Source: Patescibacteria group bacterium
Lineage (GTDB): Bacteria; Patescibacteriota; Patescibacteriia; UBA1558; S5-K13
DNA: 64,000 nt
Direction of reading: 5' to 3'
NCBI GenBank assembly: GCA_028692545.1
Contig: JAQUXC010000002.1
Location: forward strand, 28,082 to 92,081
The number at the start of each line of letters is the position of its first letter. Position 1 is the stretch's first letter. Positions 40,531 through 49,647 of this stretch are shown here, in pieces. The notes under the pieces are model-generated. The model had not been told where the DNA came from and searched no databases. It was given only the letters and a program-made list of their open reading frames with translations. The translations under genes were made by a program, and so were the position numbers.

Positions 40531-41015
40531 TAAATAATTTAACAAAAATAAAATACTTAGTTGATACAAATGTTTTAATAGAGCTTTCTCTCTGGAAGCC
40601 TATTGCTCTAAATTTAAACAAAGATTTTTGGTATAGACTCTCAGATGCTTTAAAGAATGATAAATGGGTACTTCTCGATGTTGTCGTTTGGGAGGTGCGT
40701 TATGATAAAGACTTAAAAAAATGGCTCTCTGAACAAAAAAATAAAGGGTTGGTTAAAAAAATTAATGATAATAATAAAAATCGTGCTGTTGAAATCAATA
40801 ATCAATACAAAATAATTGATGACATTACTGGCAAATCAACGGTAGACACTTATTTGTTAGCTTATGCAGAAGCCGAAAATTTAGGTATTTTTTCAAGAGA
40901 AAGCTCTAGAATTAATTCTAATCAATTATACAAAATTCCAGATATATGTAATATTTTAAATATCAATAAAACTAGAAGCCCTAAGGCTTTTTTAAAAGAA
41001 ATAGGATTTAATTAA
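40527..41015 (+). CDS. DUF4411-like PIN-fold protein; candidate toxin partner of the HTH-ImmA protein
   Basis: 4-nt overlap with the upstream gene. N-terminal YLVDTNVLIE acidic PIN-like motif. Size about 160 aa. Confidence 0.5.
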   Translation: MINNLTKIKYLVDTNVLIELSLWKPIALNLNKDFWYRLSDALKNDKWVLLDVVVWEVRYDKDLKKWLSEQKNKGLVKKINDNNKNRAVEINNQYKIIDDITGKSTVDTYLLAYAEAENLGIFSRESSRINSNQLYKIPDICNILNINKTRSPKAFLKEIGFN

Positions 41016-41075
41016 TAAATAGTCATAATTTTTTAGATACATATAAATTCTTTTTCTTTTTTATTGATTTATTTT

Positions 41076-41120
41076 AGCAATTCCCTACAATCACAGTTCT
41101 AACGTCCTCCACTAAGGAGT
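41076..41120 (+). repeat. Copy 1 of a roughly 40-bp repeat, (agcaattccc)tacaatcacagYYctaacRtcc...aaggag
   Basis: Copies 2 and 3 lie at 44171-44208 and 45443-45480. Each precedes a higher-GC gene or region. Confidence 0.6.
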
Positions 41121-41225
41121 ATATAATAGTCTTAAATGACTATTTTTGTTTATTATTATATTTGACATAAACTAAACATTATTGTAATGTGTAAACAAAT
41201 TTAACATTCTAATCATCAGGAGGAA

Positions 41226-42935
41226 ATGATGAAAAAGCTTCTTATTGTGGCCATTTTAATGGCTTTTTGCCTAGTTTTAATAGCACAAGCACCTGATACT
41301 CTTTGGACAAGGACCTTTGGCGGTCCAAACAATGAGTGTATGGAAAATATTAAAGCTACCAGTGATGGGGGTTGCATAATGGTTGGATCAACCAATTCTT
41401 ATAGGAGTGGTGGTCAAGATGCATACATAATCAAAATTGATATTTATGGAAATTTACAATGGAGTAGAACTTTTGGCGGTAGTCAACAAGACATTGCTTA
41501 TTGTGTTGATGAAACACCAACTGGTTATTGCATAACTGGATTTACAAGGTCTTATGATAGTCCAGACAATACCAATCTTTGGCTTTTTAAAGTTGATACA
41601 GCCGGAAGTTATCAATGGATGAGAACTTACGGTGGCAGTCAAGATGATGTCGGCGTATCTTTGCAATATACCACAGACAACGGATATATTATTACTGGTT
41701 ATATTCGTTCAAATAACGAATTATCAGGTGATCCATCCGGCGACATATGGCTTATTAAAACGAACTGGTTTGGTGAAAGAGAATGGCACAGGCGTTTTGT
41801 TTTTGATGATTGTTGGGATGTCGGAAGATCTGTTACTCAAACATCTGACGGAGGCTATGCAATAGCCGGAAAACAAAACAATAAAGCCTGCTTGATTAAA
41901 ACTGATTCTAATGGTTCTTTACAGTGGACAAGAGATTTTCCTGGTTATCCAGATTGCTATTCCATGCAACAGATTTCTGATGGTGGTTATATCTTATGCG
42001 GTGCTACCACTAACATATCTGGCACTTGGGATTTCTATTTACTCAAAACTGACTCAGATGGAAATTTACAATGGAGTAGAAATTTTGGTGGTACTCAAGA
42101 AGATTATGGTCGTTCTGTAGCCCAAACATCAGATGGTGGATATGTAATATTTGGAACGACAAACTCTTTTGGTTTAGGAAATTATGATACTTGGGTAATC
42201 AAAACCGATGCTAATGGAAATGAACAATGGAATAAAACTATTGGCACCACTGGAGATAATCAAGGTTATTCAATAGCACAAACATTGGATGACGGATATG
42301 TAATGGCCGGATATTCAGATGAACAAGCATATGCAATTCGTCTCAGAGGTAGACTCGTATTATTTAATGGAACCCCAACATCTGGATATATTCCACTAAC
42401 GGTTACTTTTTCTGATCAATCAATAATTCAAAATTTAGTAACTTCCTGGCAGTGGACATTTGGTGACGGTCAAACCTCATTAGAACAAAATCCAATCCAT
42501 ACCTATACGCAAGCTGGGCAGTATTCCGTGAAATTAAAAATCATTGATTCGAGCGGTGTTGCTGATTCGCTTATCAAAACCAATTACATCACAGTCCTGG
42601 AAGTGCCACCTGCTCCACCTGAGAACTTAACAATTACAATTTCAGGTCGCAATGCAATTTTGAATTGGGAACCAGTTACTACAACAATCTTCAATAACCC
42701 AATAACTATTACTGGTTACGTAATATACTTCAGTGAAATTCCTGATACAAACTTTTGGTATCTCGGATGCACCGAAGCCATAACCTACACACATTATCGC
42801 GTGACTCAATATGCCAGCGGTATGTTCTACAGAGTTGTTGCTGTCACAGATGATTGGAATCGAATAAGAAGCATAACACAAAGAAATCCTCATATTCAAC
42901 TTGGGCAACTAAATGCCTTGTTGAAAAAAGAGTGA
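41226..42935 (+). CDS. Secreted beta-propeller-repeat (SBBP-like) protein with a PKD domain and a C-terminal Ig/FN3-like region
   Basis: Signal peptide. At least eight repeats of TFGG(S/T)QxDxG.S...DGGY...G.T.S. PKD motif WQWTFGDGQTS...HTY. Strong AGGAGG RBS. GC is visibly higher than in the neighbours. Confidence 0.75.
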   Translation: MMKKLLIVAILMAFCLVLIAQAPDTLWTRTFGGPNNECMENIKATSDGGCIMVGSTNSYRSGGQDAYIIKIDIYGNLQWSRTFGGSQQDIAYCVDETPTGYCITGFTRSYDSPDNTNLWLFKVDTAGSYQWMRTYGGSQDDVGVSLQYTTDNGYIITGYIRSNNELSGDPSGDIWLIKTNWFGEREWHRRFVFDDCWDVGRSVTQTSDGGYAIAGKQNNKACLIKTDSNGSLQWTRDFPGYPDCYSMQQISDGGYILCGATTNISGTWDFYLLKTDSDGNLQWSRNFGGTQEDYGRSVAQTSDGGYVIFGTTNSFGLGNYDTWVIKTDANGNEQWNKTIGTTGDNQGYSIAQTLDDGYVMAGYSDEQAYAIRLRGRLVLFNGTPTSGYIPLTVTFSDQSIIQNLVTSWQWTFGDGQTSLEQNPIHTYTQAGQYSVKLKIIDSSGVADSLIKTNYITVLEVPPAPPENLTITISGRNAILNWEPVTTTIFNNPITITGYVIYFSEIPDTNFWYLGCTEAITYTHYRVTQYASGMFYRVVAVTDDWNRIRSITQRNPHIQLGQLNALLKKE

Positions 42936-43174
42936 TAAACAATTTCAAAATCAATAAAAGAAGCCTTGGGATAATATCTCGAGGCTTCTCTATTTTTTTG
43001 CATTTCTACCAATATTGTTGTGGCCATATTGTGGCCATATTGTGTCCAAGAAATGATTATATGTAATGAAGTTAATAGGAATTGATGGCATTTGATAATC
43101 AATATTATTCAGTATTAATGGGCTTTTATTCACTTTACTCAATGTTTATCAAATGTTTGTAAAAACTGCTTTCT

Positions 43175-43203
43175 CGGGTCCGATTCCCGTTACTCGCTCC
43201 ATT
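43175..43203 (+). repeat. attR: a 29-bp direct repeat of the tRNA-Gly 3' end
   Basis: Identical to 28716-28744. Confidence 0.8.
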
Positions 43204-43337
43204 CGAAAGAGCCCATTTATATTGGGTTTTTTTGATACCATTAAAGAAAAAAGCAAACTGAGATATATTTTTATTTGGATTGTTGATATAATTAAATTAG
43301 GATAATTAATGTCGAGCTGAGCTCAAAATATATTTTT

Positions 43338-44126
43338 ATGAAAAAAATTATAATTTTATTAGTAATAATATTTTTATTAAGTGGATGCACTATAATAGAT
43401 ACTGTTTCCAATAAATTTACAAAGAAAAATTCTATTAAAAATACTTCTGAAACAAAAAATGATAAATTTAATAACCCAGTAAAAAAAAGTGACCTAGGAT
43501 CTGATATTTTTTTTGATAAACAATATCAAGCACCATTAGTTATTAGCAGAGAGGATTTTGATAATAGTTGTTCTCGTGCAATAGATACTGGTGGTAAGTA
43601 TAATTGGGTCTGTAATTCAACCATGAATGAAAAAATTGGCTGTATATCAAAAATAGGACCTCACTATCTTAATTTTCATAGTAATATAGATATGTTAGAT
43701 ATCTATAGGTGTAATAGTGTAGAGGACCCAATGGGTAAACATACCGGATTAACAAATAGTAGCTATTCATTTATATATTTATCAATTGGTGAAAAAAGAG
43801 TAATCGTTTATTATGATTGGGATGATTTTATAAAAGACTATAAACCAATTATAGATTCTAAAAAATCAGCGCGATATTATCTTTTTAGCGCGGGTTTTAC
43901 TATACCCCCAATAGAGGAAGCACTGATAAGTAAAACTGAGGATGGTTATTTAATACCTGGTTTTCATTATTATGATAATCGCAAATGTGATTATAGTAAT
44001 AAGTCTGGCGATTATAAGATTTATAAAGCAGATTTTTTAGTCGACCTTAATGGCATAATAAAATTATTTGGTGATAACAAATTTGTCGGCACAACAGAAT
44101 GTTTTCCTAAAATAGAACTAAATTAG
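43338..44126 (+). CDS. Putative lipoprotein, hypothetical
   Basis: LLSGCTI lipobox; 262 aa. Confidence 0.55.
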   Translation: MKKIIILLVIIFLLSGCTIIDTVSNKFTKKNSIKNTSETKNDKFNNPVKKSDLGSDIFFDKQYQAPLVISREDFDNSCSRAIDTGGKYNWVCNSTMNEKIGCISKIGPHYLNFHSNIDMLDIYRCNSVEDPMGKHTGLTNSSYSFIYLSIGEKRVIVYYDWDDFIKDYKPIIDSKKSARYYLFSAGFTIPPIEEALISKTEDGYLIPGFHYYDNRKCDYSNKSGDYKIYKADFLVDLNGIIKLFGDNKFVGTTECFPKIELN

Positions 44127-44366
44127 GACATGAAATACTTTATTATTTTTATAGGATAATTATAAATTACTCACAATCACAGCTCTAACATCCTCTACCA
44201 AGGAGCTCCATAAAAAAGTCCTTTATTTAAAGGGTTTTTTGTTATACCCGTAAATAGAATTGAACTACTATTGACAAATATAAAAATTTATTTTTATATT
44301 TGACTTAATTTTACCATATTGATACCATTATATGTTAAAAAATAAATAAAATATTAGGAGGACAAC

Positions 44367-45086
44367 ATGGAGCTTATAATTATATTTATAGTCACCTTTA
44401 TTACTCAAATGCTTGGGGTTATGGTGGGCGGAAATAGAAATGTTTTACTTCCACTGCTTATGTTTATGGGTTTACCATCAAATGAGGCTTTGGCTACATT
44501 TAAAACAGGAGGATTGGGATCGTTTGCGTCATTGATAAAATTCCATAAACATCACTATATAAAATGGAAAATGGCAATTTATCTAATTCCATTTATAACA
44601 ATCGGCAGTTCAATAGGAAGTATAATTGTTATAAATATGAATCCAGAATTATTTAAAAAAATAATATCTATTTCAGTTCTTATTTCTTTACTAATGTTCT
44701 CGTTTAGAAAAAAGAATAAAATAAGAGAAATTAAAATAAAAAATAATTTCTGGATTTATATAATGTCACTTTTTACTGGGCTTGTGAGCGGATGTATAGG
44801 TTTCATGGGAATTTTTCTACAATATCTTTATATGGGAAGTGGAATGACTTTTATAGAAGCAACCGCCACAAAGAAAATCACAAATTTCGTAAGTAACATT
44901 GTTTCTTTTATAATATTTGTACTCGCAGGCATAATAAATTGGCGCATTGCCGGTATAATGTTTGTTGCTTCATTTTTCGGATCATGGATAGGAACATCAT
45001 TGGGTATAAAAGTTGGTAATGTTTGGCTAGAAAAGATTTTTGTTATAGTAACATTTGTCGGCGTAATAAAAATACTATTCTATTAA
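44367..45086 (+). CDS. TSUP (TauE/SafE) family membrane transporter
   Basis: Seven or eight TM helices with the two-repeat architecture typical of TSUP. AGGAGG RBS and elevated GC. Confidence 0.5.
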   Translation: MELIIIFIVTFITQMLGVMVGGNRNVLLPLLMFMGLPSNEALATFKTGGLGSFASLIKFHKHHYIKWKMAIYLIPFITIGSSIGSIIVINMNPELFKKIISISVLISLLMFSFRKKNKIREIKIKNNFWIYIMSLFTGLVSGCIGFMGIFLQYLYMGSGMTFIEATATKKITNFVSNIVSFIIFVLAGIINWRIAGIMFVASFFGSWIGTSLGIKVGNVWLEKIFVIVTFVGVIKILFY

Positions 45087-45665
45087 TAGAATATATTAGG
45101 CTCTGTGCAACGATAGCACAGAGCCTTTTAATTATACGTTAAAAATCAAAAATTTTACCTATAAAAATAATATATTTTATAAAAATCATTTTGGAATAAA
45201 AATATTATTAAAATTATGGCACCAAAAGATGAATTTGATAAGAAAAAACCACTAAAAAATTCTCCTAATTTTTTATCATATATTTGGATATATAAGTTTG
45301 GGAATAGCCATTTATTTTATTCTTTGTTTTGTATTGCATTGATGCTGGACAAGCTTGATAGTGTTATAGTGAAGTAGTAATTTTACTATCAATAAAAGGT
45401 GACTTTAAAGTCTTCCCCTTTTCTCTTTTTGATAAAATTTTCTAGCAATTCCCTACAATCACAGTCCTAACGTCCATAACCAATGAGCTCAATCGAGCTT
45501 AACTCGACCAACAAAAAAATCCATTTTTATAGGCTTCATATCCGGTCGTATAACTGGATTTTTGTTATACCACTAAATTAAAATGTATGAGATTTAACAT
45601 CTTTACAACCAAAACCACTATTAACATGATGTTGATGGTGATTTATTCGCGAACTCGTTTTATAC

Positions 45666-45851
45666 TTAAGCGCTATGCTTGGTATTTATAGAAAGTTGCA
45701 AGCACATTCCCATGATCGCGATAAACATCATTATTGTTGCACCAGACCAATCATTGGCGCCATTACCGCGATAGACAATAGCATACAAAATCATCAATAT
45801 TCCAACGATGAAAGTTAGTATAGAACTTACTGACGAAGAATTCATTGCCAT
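45666..45851 (-). CDS. Small two-TM membrane protein, hypothetical
   Basis: 61-aa ORF with elevated GC. Confidence 0.3.
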   Translation of the reverse strand: MAMNSSSVSSILTFIVGILMILYAIVYRGNGANDWSGATIMMFIAIMGMCLQLSINTKHSA

Positions 45852-45975
45852 ATATTTATTAGTTATAATTTAGTTTTGATATATAAATTGTTAATTATTC
45901 AAAAAATTTTTGTTTATCTAAAGTAAAAAATTAAACTTGTTTGTACAAATTTAAAAGAGTTTAAAAGGTTCTTTA

Positions 45976-46122
45976 TTAAACCCTTTTTCCCTTTATTAAT
46001 CTTACCAAAATCATAATAACCGCTATTACTAAAAGAGCGTGGATAAATCCACCAAGAGTATAAGATGTTACTAGACCTACAAGCCAAAGAACAATGAAAA
46101 TAATTGCAATTGTTGTTAACAT
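45976..46122 (-). CDS. lmo0937-family-like small membrane protein (48 aa); below the ORF-track cutoff
   Basis: Manual translation gives MLTTIAIIFIVLWLVGLVTSYTLGGFIHALLVIAVIMILVRLIKGKRV. The architecture resembles the lmo0937 small-protein family. Confidence 0.45.
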   Translation of the reverse strand: MLTTIAIIFIVLWLVGLVTSYTLGGFIHALLVIAVIMILVRLIKGKRV

Positions 46123-46324
46123 AAGCGTTTTTATTTATTATTTATTAGTTATATTAACCATAGCACCATTTGGATTATTAAGATATAGAAGTTAAATTGA
46201 ATTGTTTTTGTTTTTTTTAAAGCCTTTTAATAGGCTTTTTTGTTATATTGAAAAATAAATCAAACTAAAATATATTAAAAGATTCAAAAAAGGAGCTTAT
46301 TAGCTCCTTTTTTATAATATTCTA

Positions 46325-47338
46325 CTATTTATTAAACAAACTTTTTGCCAAATCCCAATATTCTGGATTTCCATTCAATTTTTGTAAATACCACCACTCT
46401 ACACCCCACAAATAACACTGATTGAGGTCTGAATCAATTGCATATTGAAGATTTGCTTCAAATTGTTTTAGATCAAAAGATTTATTTGATTCATCTGGTT
46501 TCAAATCTTTAAGCGTTCCCTTTGGAACCCATGGCTCTGCTTGAAGCTCACTTATTATCATATTATCAGAACGCAATTTCAAAAAACTTGCCTTGAATTT
46601 ATAAAACCAAGCTGGAATTGGATACCTAAAATACCCAAAAATAGGATTCCATACCACACGATACATTGTAGTACCAAATTTGTCTCCAATATCCCACTCT
46701 CTTCTCCATGAAGAAAGTTCTCCTGATGCAGTTATAAGAATTGGTCTTTTGTCTAATTCTTTTACTAATTTTACCTCTCTTCCTAGAAATGCTTCATCAC
46801 CATCTGGACATATTCCAAAAGTATTTAAAAGTGGTTCATTTTCTACCTGCCACATTATTATTTCATCTCTATCTCTATATTTAGAAACTACATGATCAAT
46901 CATGATAAGTGTTTGATCTTTTATATTTGAAACTCCCATAGAAAAAGTCCAACTTGGTGCATGACACTCTGGCCATCTTGGAAGACGCCAACCAATATTT
47001 GCAACAAATTTTACTCCTCTTTTTTTACCTTCATTAAACATATAATCATAATCACTAAAATCATATTTCCCCTTTTCAAATTCTATATCATCCCAATAGA
47101 TAGGAATTCTCACATATTTTACTTTCAAATCATCAAGCATAGAAATATAAACTTCTTTCCAATCAAGACCTATTTCACCACAAAGTTTTTTGGAAAACGT
47201 TACTGCCCAATAATTTTCTTTTGTATTATGAAGATTAATTTTGCCAGGATAATGCTTTGCAAATTTTAAATACCACAAAAGAAATATTATTAAAAATATT
47301 AATAGAATATATATAATCATTTTTTTGTTTAATTTCAT
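46325..47338 (-). CDS. Membrane-anchored clan GH-A (GH5-like) glycoside hydrolase
   Basis: N-terminal TM. The WQVENEP motif carries the acid/base Glu of the NEP signature, and Trp-rich barrel motifs are present. Confidence 0.6.
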   Translation of the reverse strand: MKLNKKMIIYILLIFLIIFLLWYLKFAKHYPGKINLHNTKENYWAVTFSKKLCGEIGLDWKEVYISMLDDLKVKYVRIPIYWDDIEFEKGKYDFSDYDYMFNEGKKRGVKFVANIGWRLPRWPECHAPSWTFSMGVSNIKDQTLIMIDHVVSKYRDRDEIIMWQVENEPLLNTFGICPDGDEAFLGREVKLVKELDKRPILITASGELSSWRREWDIGDKFGTTMYRVVWNPIFGYFRYPIPAWFYKFKASFLKLRSDNMIISELQAEPWVPKGTLKDLKPDESNKSFDLKQFEANLQYAIDSDLNQCYLWGVEWWYLQKLNGNPEYWDLAKSLFNK

Positions 47339-47353
47339 ATTAATAATAAAAAA

Positions 47354-48286
47354 TTATGATATAAGATATAAACCAATAGCAATTATAAATATTGATATTG
47401 CTTTTTGAATAATTATTGATTTTGATATATCTTCTTTTATAGCTTTTGGCCTTAACATTGTAATTACAGCTCCAAGAATTAAAAGAAATGCATACTGTAC
47501 ACCCTGTAATGCATTTACAAAAACCACAGACCCGAGTGCAATTGCATAATTTTGTAAAAAAGAGCCTACAGCTGCGAGACCTTGATTTCCAAAAAACAAA
47601 AACTTATTTTTTGTTTTCTTTAATAATTTTATGCTCTTAAATATTCCTTCTCTATCTTTTTTATCAACAAGTAAAAATAGTACCATAATAAAACTTCCCA
47701 ATCTTATCCAAATAAAACCACTCATAAATGGCTGAATATTGTACATATATTTTGTACCAATAAAAAACAAAGAAAAAAATAATGCTGCCAGAATTGCAAC
47801 AATTATTCCTTTTGTATCATCATCATCTGTATCACCAAACCACATTGCAAATTTATGCCATATAGTTTTTTTATTTGGAATCCAAGAAATAATCAAAGTA
47901 CCAATAAGAAGTAATATTATACCAATCCATTCGCGAACACTAAATTTTTCATTAAAAAATGAAATTGAAAAAAATATTGTAAATATTGGAATAGAACCAC
48001 CAATAAGAGTAATAACTTTTGAAGTATCACCATCTTTTAATGCCTTATACATCAAAAGTAATGCCAAAGGAAACATGGCTCCAATAATAATATTTAAAAG
48101 AAATGTCACAATTCCAGGCCAAATAAGATAAAAAGGAGCAAGGACAAAAACAATCATTCCAAGACATCCCACAAAAAACGTATAAGCTTTACTATTAGGA
48201 ACTACATTTCCTAAAATAAACTTATCTCCAATGTTTACAAAAGCCATTATCAAATAAGCTATAATTGCTATTAAAAACCAAGACAT
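47354..48286 (-). CDS. EamA/DMT-family-like 10-TM transporter
   Basis: 310 aa in two roughly 5-TM halves. Confidence 0.45.
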   Translation of the reverse strand: MSWFLIAIIAYLIMAFVNIGDKFILGNVVPNSKAYTFFVGCLGMIVFVLAPFYLIWPGIVTFLLNIIIGAMFPLALLLMYKALKDGDTSKVITLIGGSIPIFTIFFSISFFNEKFSVREWIGIILLLIGTLIISWIPNKKTIWHKFAMWFGDTDDDDTKGIIVAILAALFFSLFFIGTKYMYNIQPFMSGFIWIRLGSFIMVLFLLVDKKDREGIFKSIKLLKKTKNKFLFFGNQGLAAVGSFLQNYAIALGSVVFVNALQGVQYAFLLILGAVITMLRPKAIKEDISKSIIIQKAISIFIIAIGLYLIS

Positions 48287-48313
48287 ATTTTTTCTTATTA
48301 TTTATTAAAATTA

Positions 48314-49645
48314 TTACAAACTATTAATTATTTCTTTTAAATTTTTCATTTTTAGAGAATTAAAATCTTCTTCTGTAATAGAAGACGATGCATACAAAGC
48401 ATTTTCTGATTTACTATCATATTTCTGATATTTTCTTGGATAATTTGCTTCCAAGTCACCATTTGGCAATACAAAAATTCTATATTTTTTTAATTCTTTT
48501 ATAAAATTATCACCTGATACATTTTTCAATTTCAAATCAATACGATTTAGTAAGTCTCTCAAATAATTACCTTGTAACATATCTCTATCAAAAATCATAA
48601 CATAAGGAATATCAAAAATATTCAAAACTTCAGCATACACAACAGCATTTCCTTTTCCATATGTTTGAATTACTTTTATATCTTTTTCACCCATATAAAA
48701 ATTATTTATCAAAGATGTAAACAACAACTTGTCTGATACACCTTCTACAAGTACAACTTCATCAGAGAAAAACATTTCTAAATTATCCGCATTTAATTCT
48801 TTTATTAGTCTATCTAAATTATAATTTTTGTTTTTTATTGTAAGAACACTTGTAATATTTTCTTTTTTCACAACTTTTATAAGTTGAGGTAAGGAAACTG
48901 GAGTTATAAATAAAGGAGAATGTGTAGTAAATAAAATTTGACCAGAATTGCTATTTTGCATTGCCCACAACAATTTTCTTATCATAGCAGGATGCAAATG
49001 ATTTTCTGGTTCATCTATCATTATAATATTATATTCTGGATGATAAATATATAAAAGTATAGTAAATACCCTACTAAAACCACTTCCAAGCCAATCAATG
49101 GTAGCATCTCTATCCCCTTCTTTTATACCTTTGTGTTCATAATTTATATCCAATGCATTTTTTGTAGTAGATATTTTTGGAAAGTGCTTTTTTAAATTAT
49201 ACTGAAACTCATAAAAATTTTGTTTGTATTTAAAAATATTTTTAAAATCTTCATTTATACAATCAAGATCCAAAAATACATTTTCATTTAATCTTTTTAT
49301 TTTTGAAGATAGATAATTAGATATTTTTTCATCATATTCAATGTCTTTTTTTTTAAATGACAATATTCTTTTTTGATTTTTTAAAATCAGATTTGCCCTA
49401 TCACTTGGAAATAAAAATTCTTTCACCTCAAATTCTGTAAATTCAATATTTAAAATAATATTTGATTTATCATAAAATAGAGATGTATTATCTTTTGTTG
49501 GGTCAATACAAAGCTCTATTGCATCTAAAATATTTGATTTACCAGAGTTATTTTGTCCAATAAAAGTATTCATCAAATTCAAATCCAAATCTATAGGATT
49601 TTTTATACTTTTATAAAGATTAATTTTTATTTTATCTAAAAACAT
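48314..49645 (-). CDS. OLD-family ATPase-Toprim nuclease (class 1, stand-alone)
   Basis: Walker A GQNNSGKSN, ABC-type IMIDEPENHLHP and a C-terminal Toprim VLVEGVSDKLLF. There is no adjacent UvrD/helicase gene. Confidence 0.75.
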   Translation of the reverse strand: MFLDKIKINLYKSIKNPIDLDLNLMNTFIGQNNSGKSNILDAIELCIDPTKDNTSLFYDKSNIILNIEFTEFEVKEFLFPSDRANLILKNQKRILSFKKKDIEYDEKISNYLSSKIKRLNENVFLDLDCINEDFKNIFKYKQNFYEFQYNLKKHFPKISTTKNALDINYEHKGIKEGDRDATIDWLGSGFSRVFTILLYIYHPEYNIIMIDEPENHLHPAMIRKLLWAMQNSNSGQILFTTHSPLFITPVSLPQLIKVVKKENITSVLTIKNKNYNLDRLIKELNADNLEMFFSDEVVLVEGVSDKLLFTSLINNFYMGEKDIKVIQTYGKGNAVVYAEVLNIFDIPYVMIFDRDMLQGNYLRDLLNRIDLKLKNVSGDNFIKELKKYRIFVLPNGDLEANYPRKYQKYDSKSENALYASSSITEEDFNSLKMKNLKEIINSL

Positions 49646-49647
49646 AT

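Larger units (their letters stand above)
28716..43203. mobile_element. Integrative element (prophage-like or genomic island) of about 14.5 kb inserted at the 3' end of tRNA-Gly(GCC)
   Basis: The 29-bp direct repeat cgggtccgattcccgttactcgctccatt occurs at 28716-28744 (tRNA 3' end) and at 43175-43203. An integrase and xis lie adjacent to attL. Tandem 11-bp TGTGGCCATAT repeats lie inside both ends. Confidence 0.8.

Noticed and set aside
42854-43102. ORFs 42854-43066 (+) and 42896-43102 (-) near attR
   Set aside because: Short, overlapping and spanning the terminator and the 11-bp tandem repeats. More likely non-coding att-proximal DNA.
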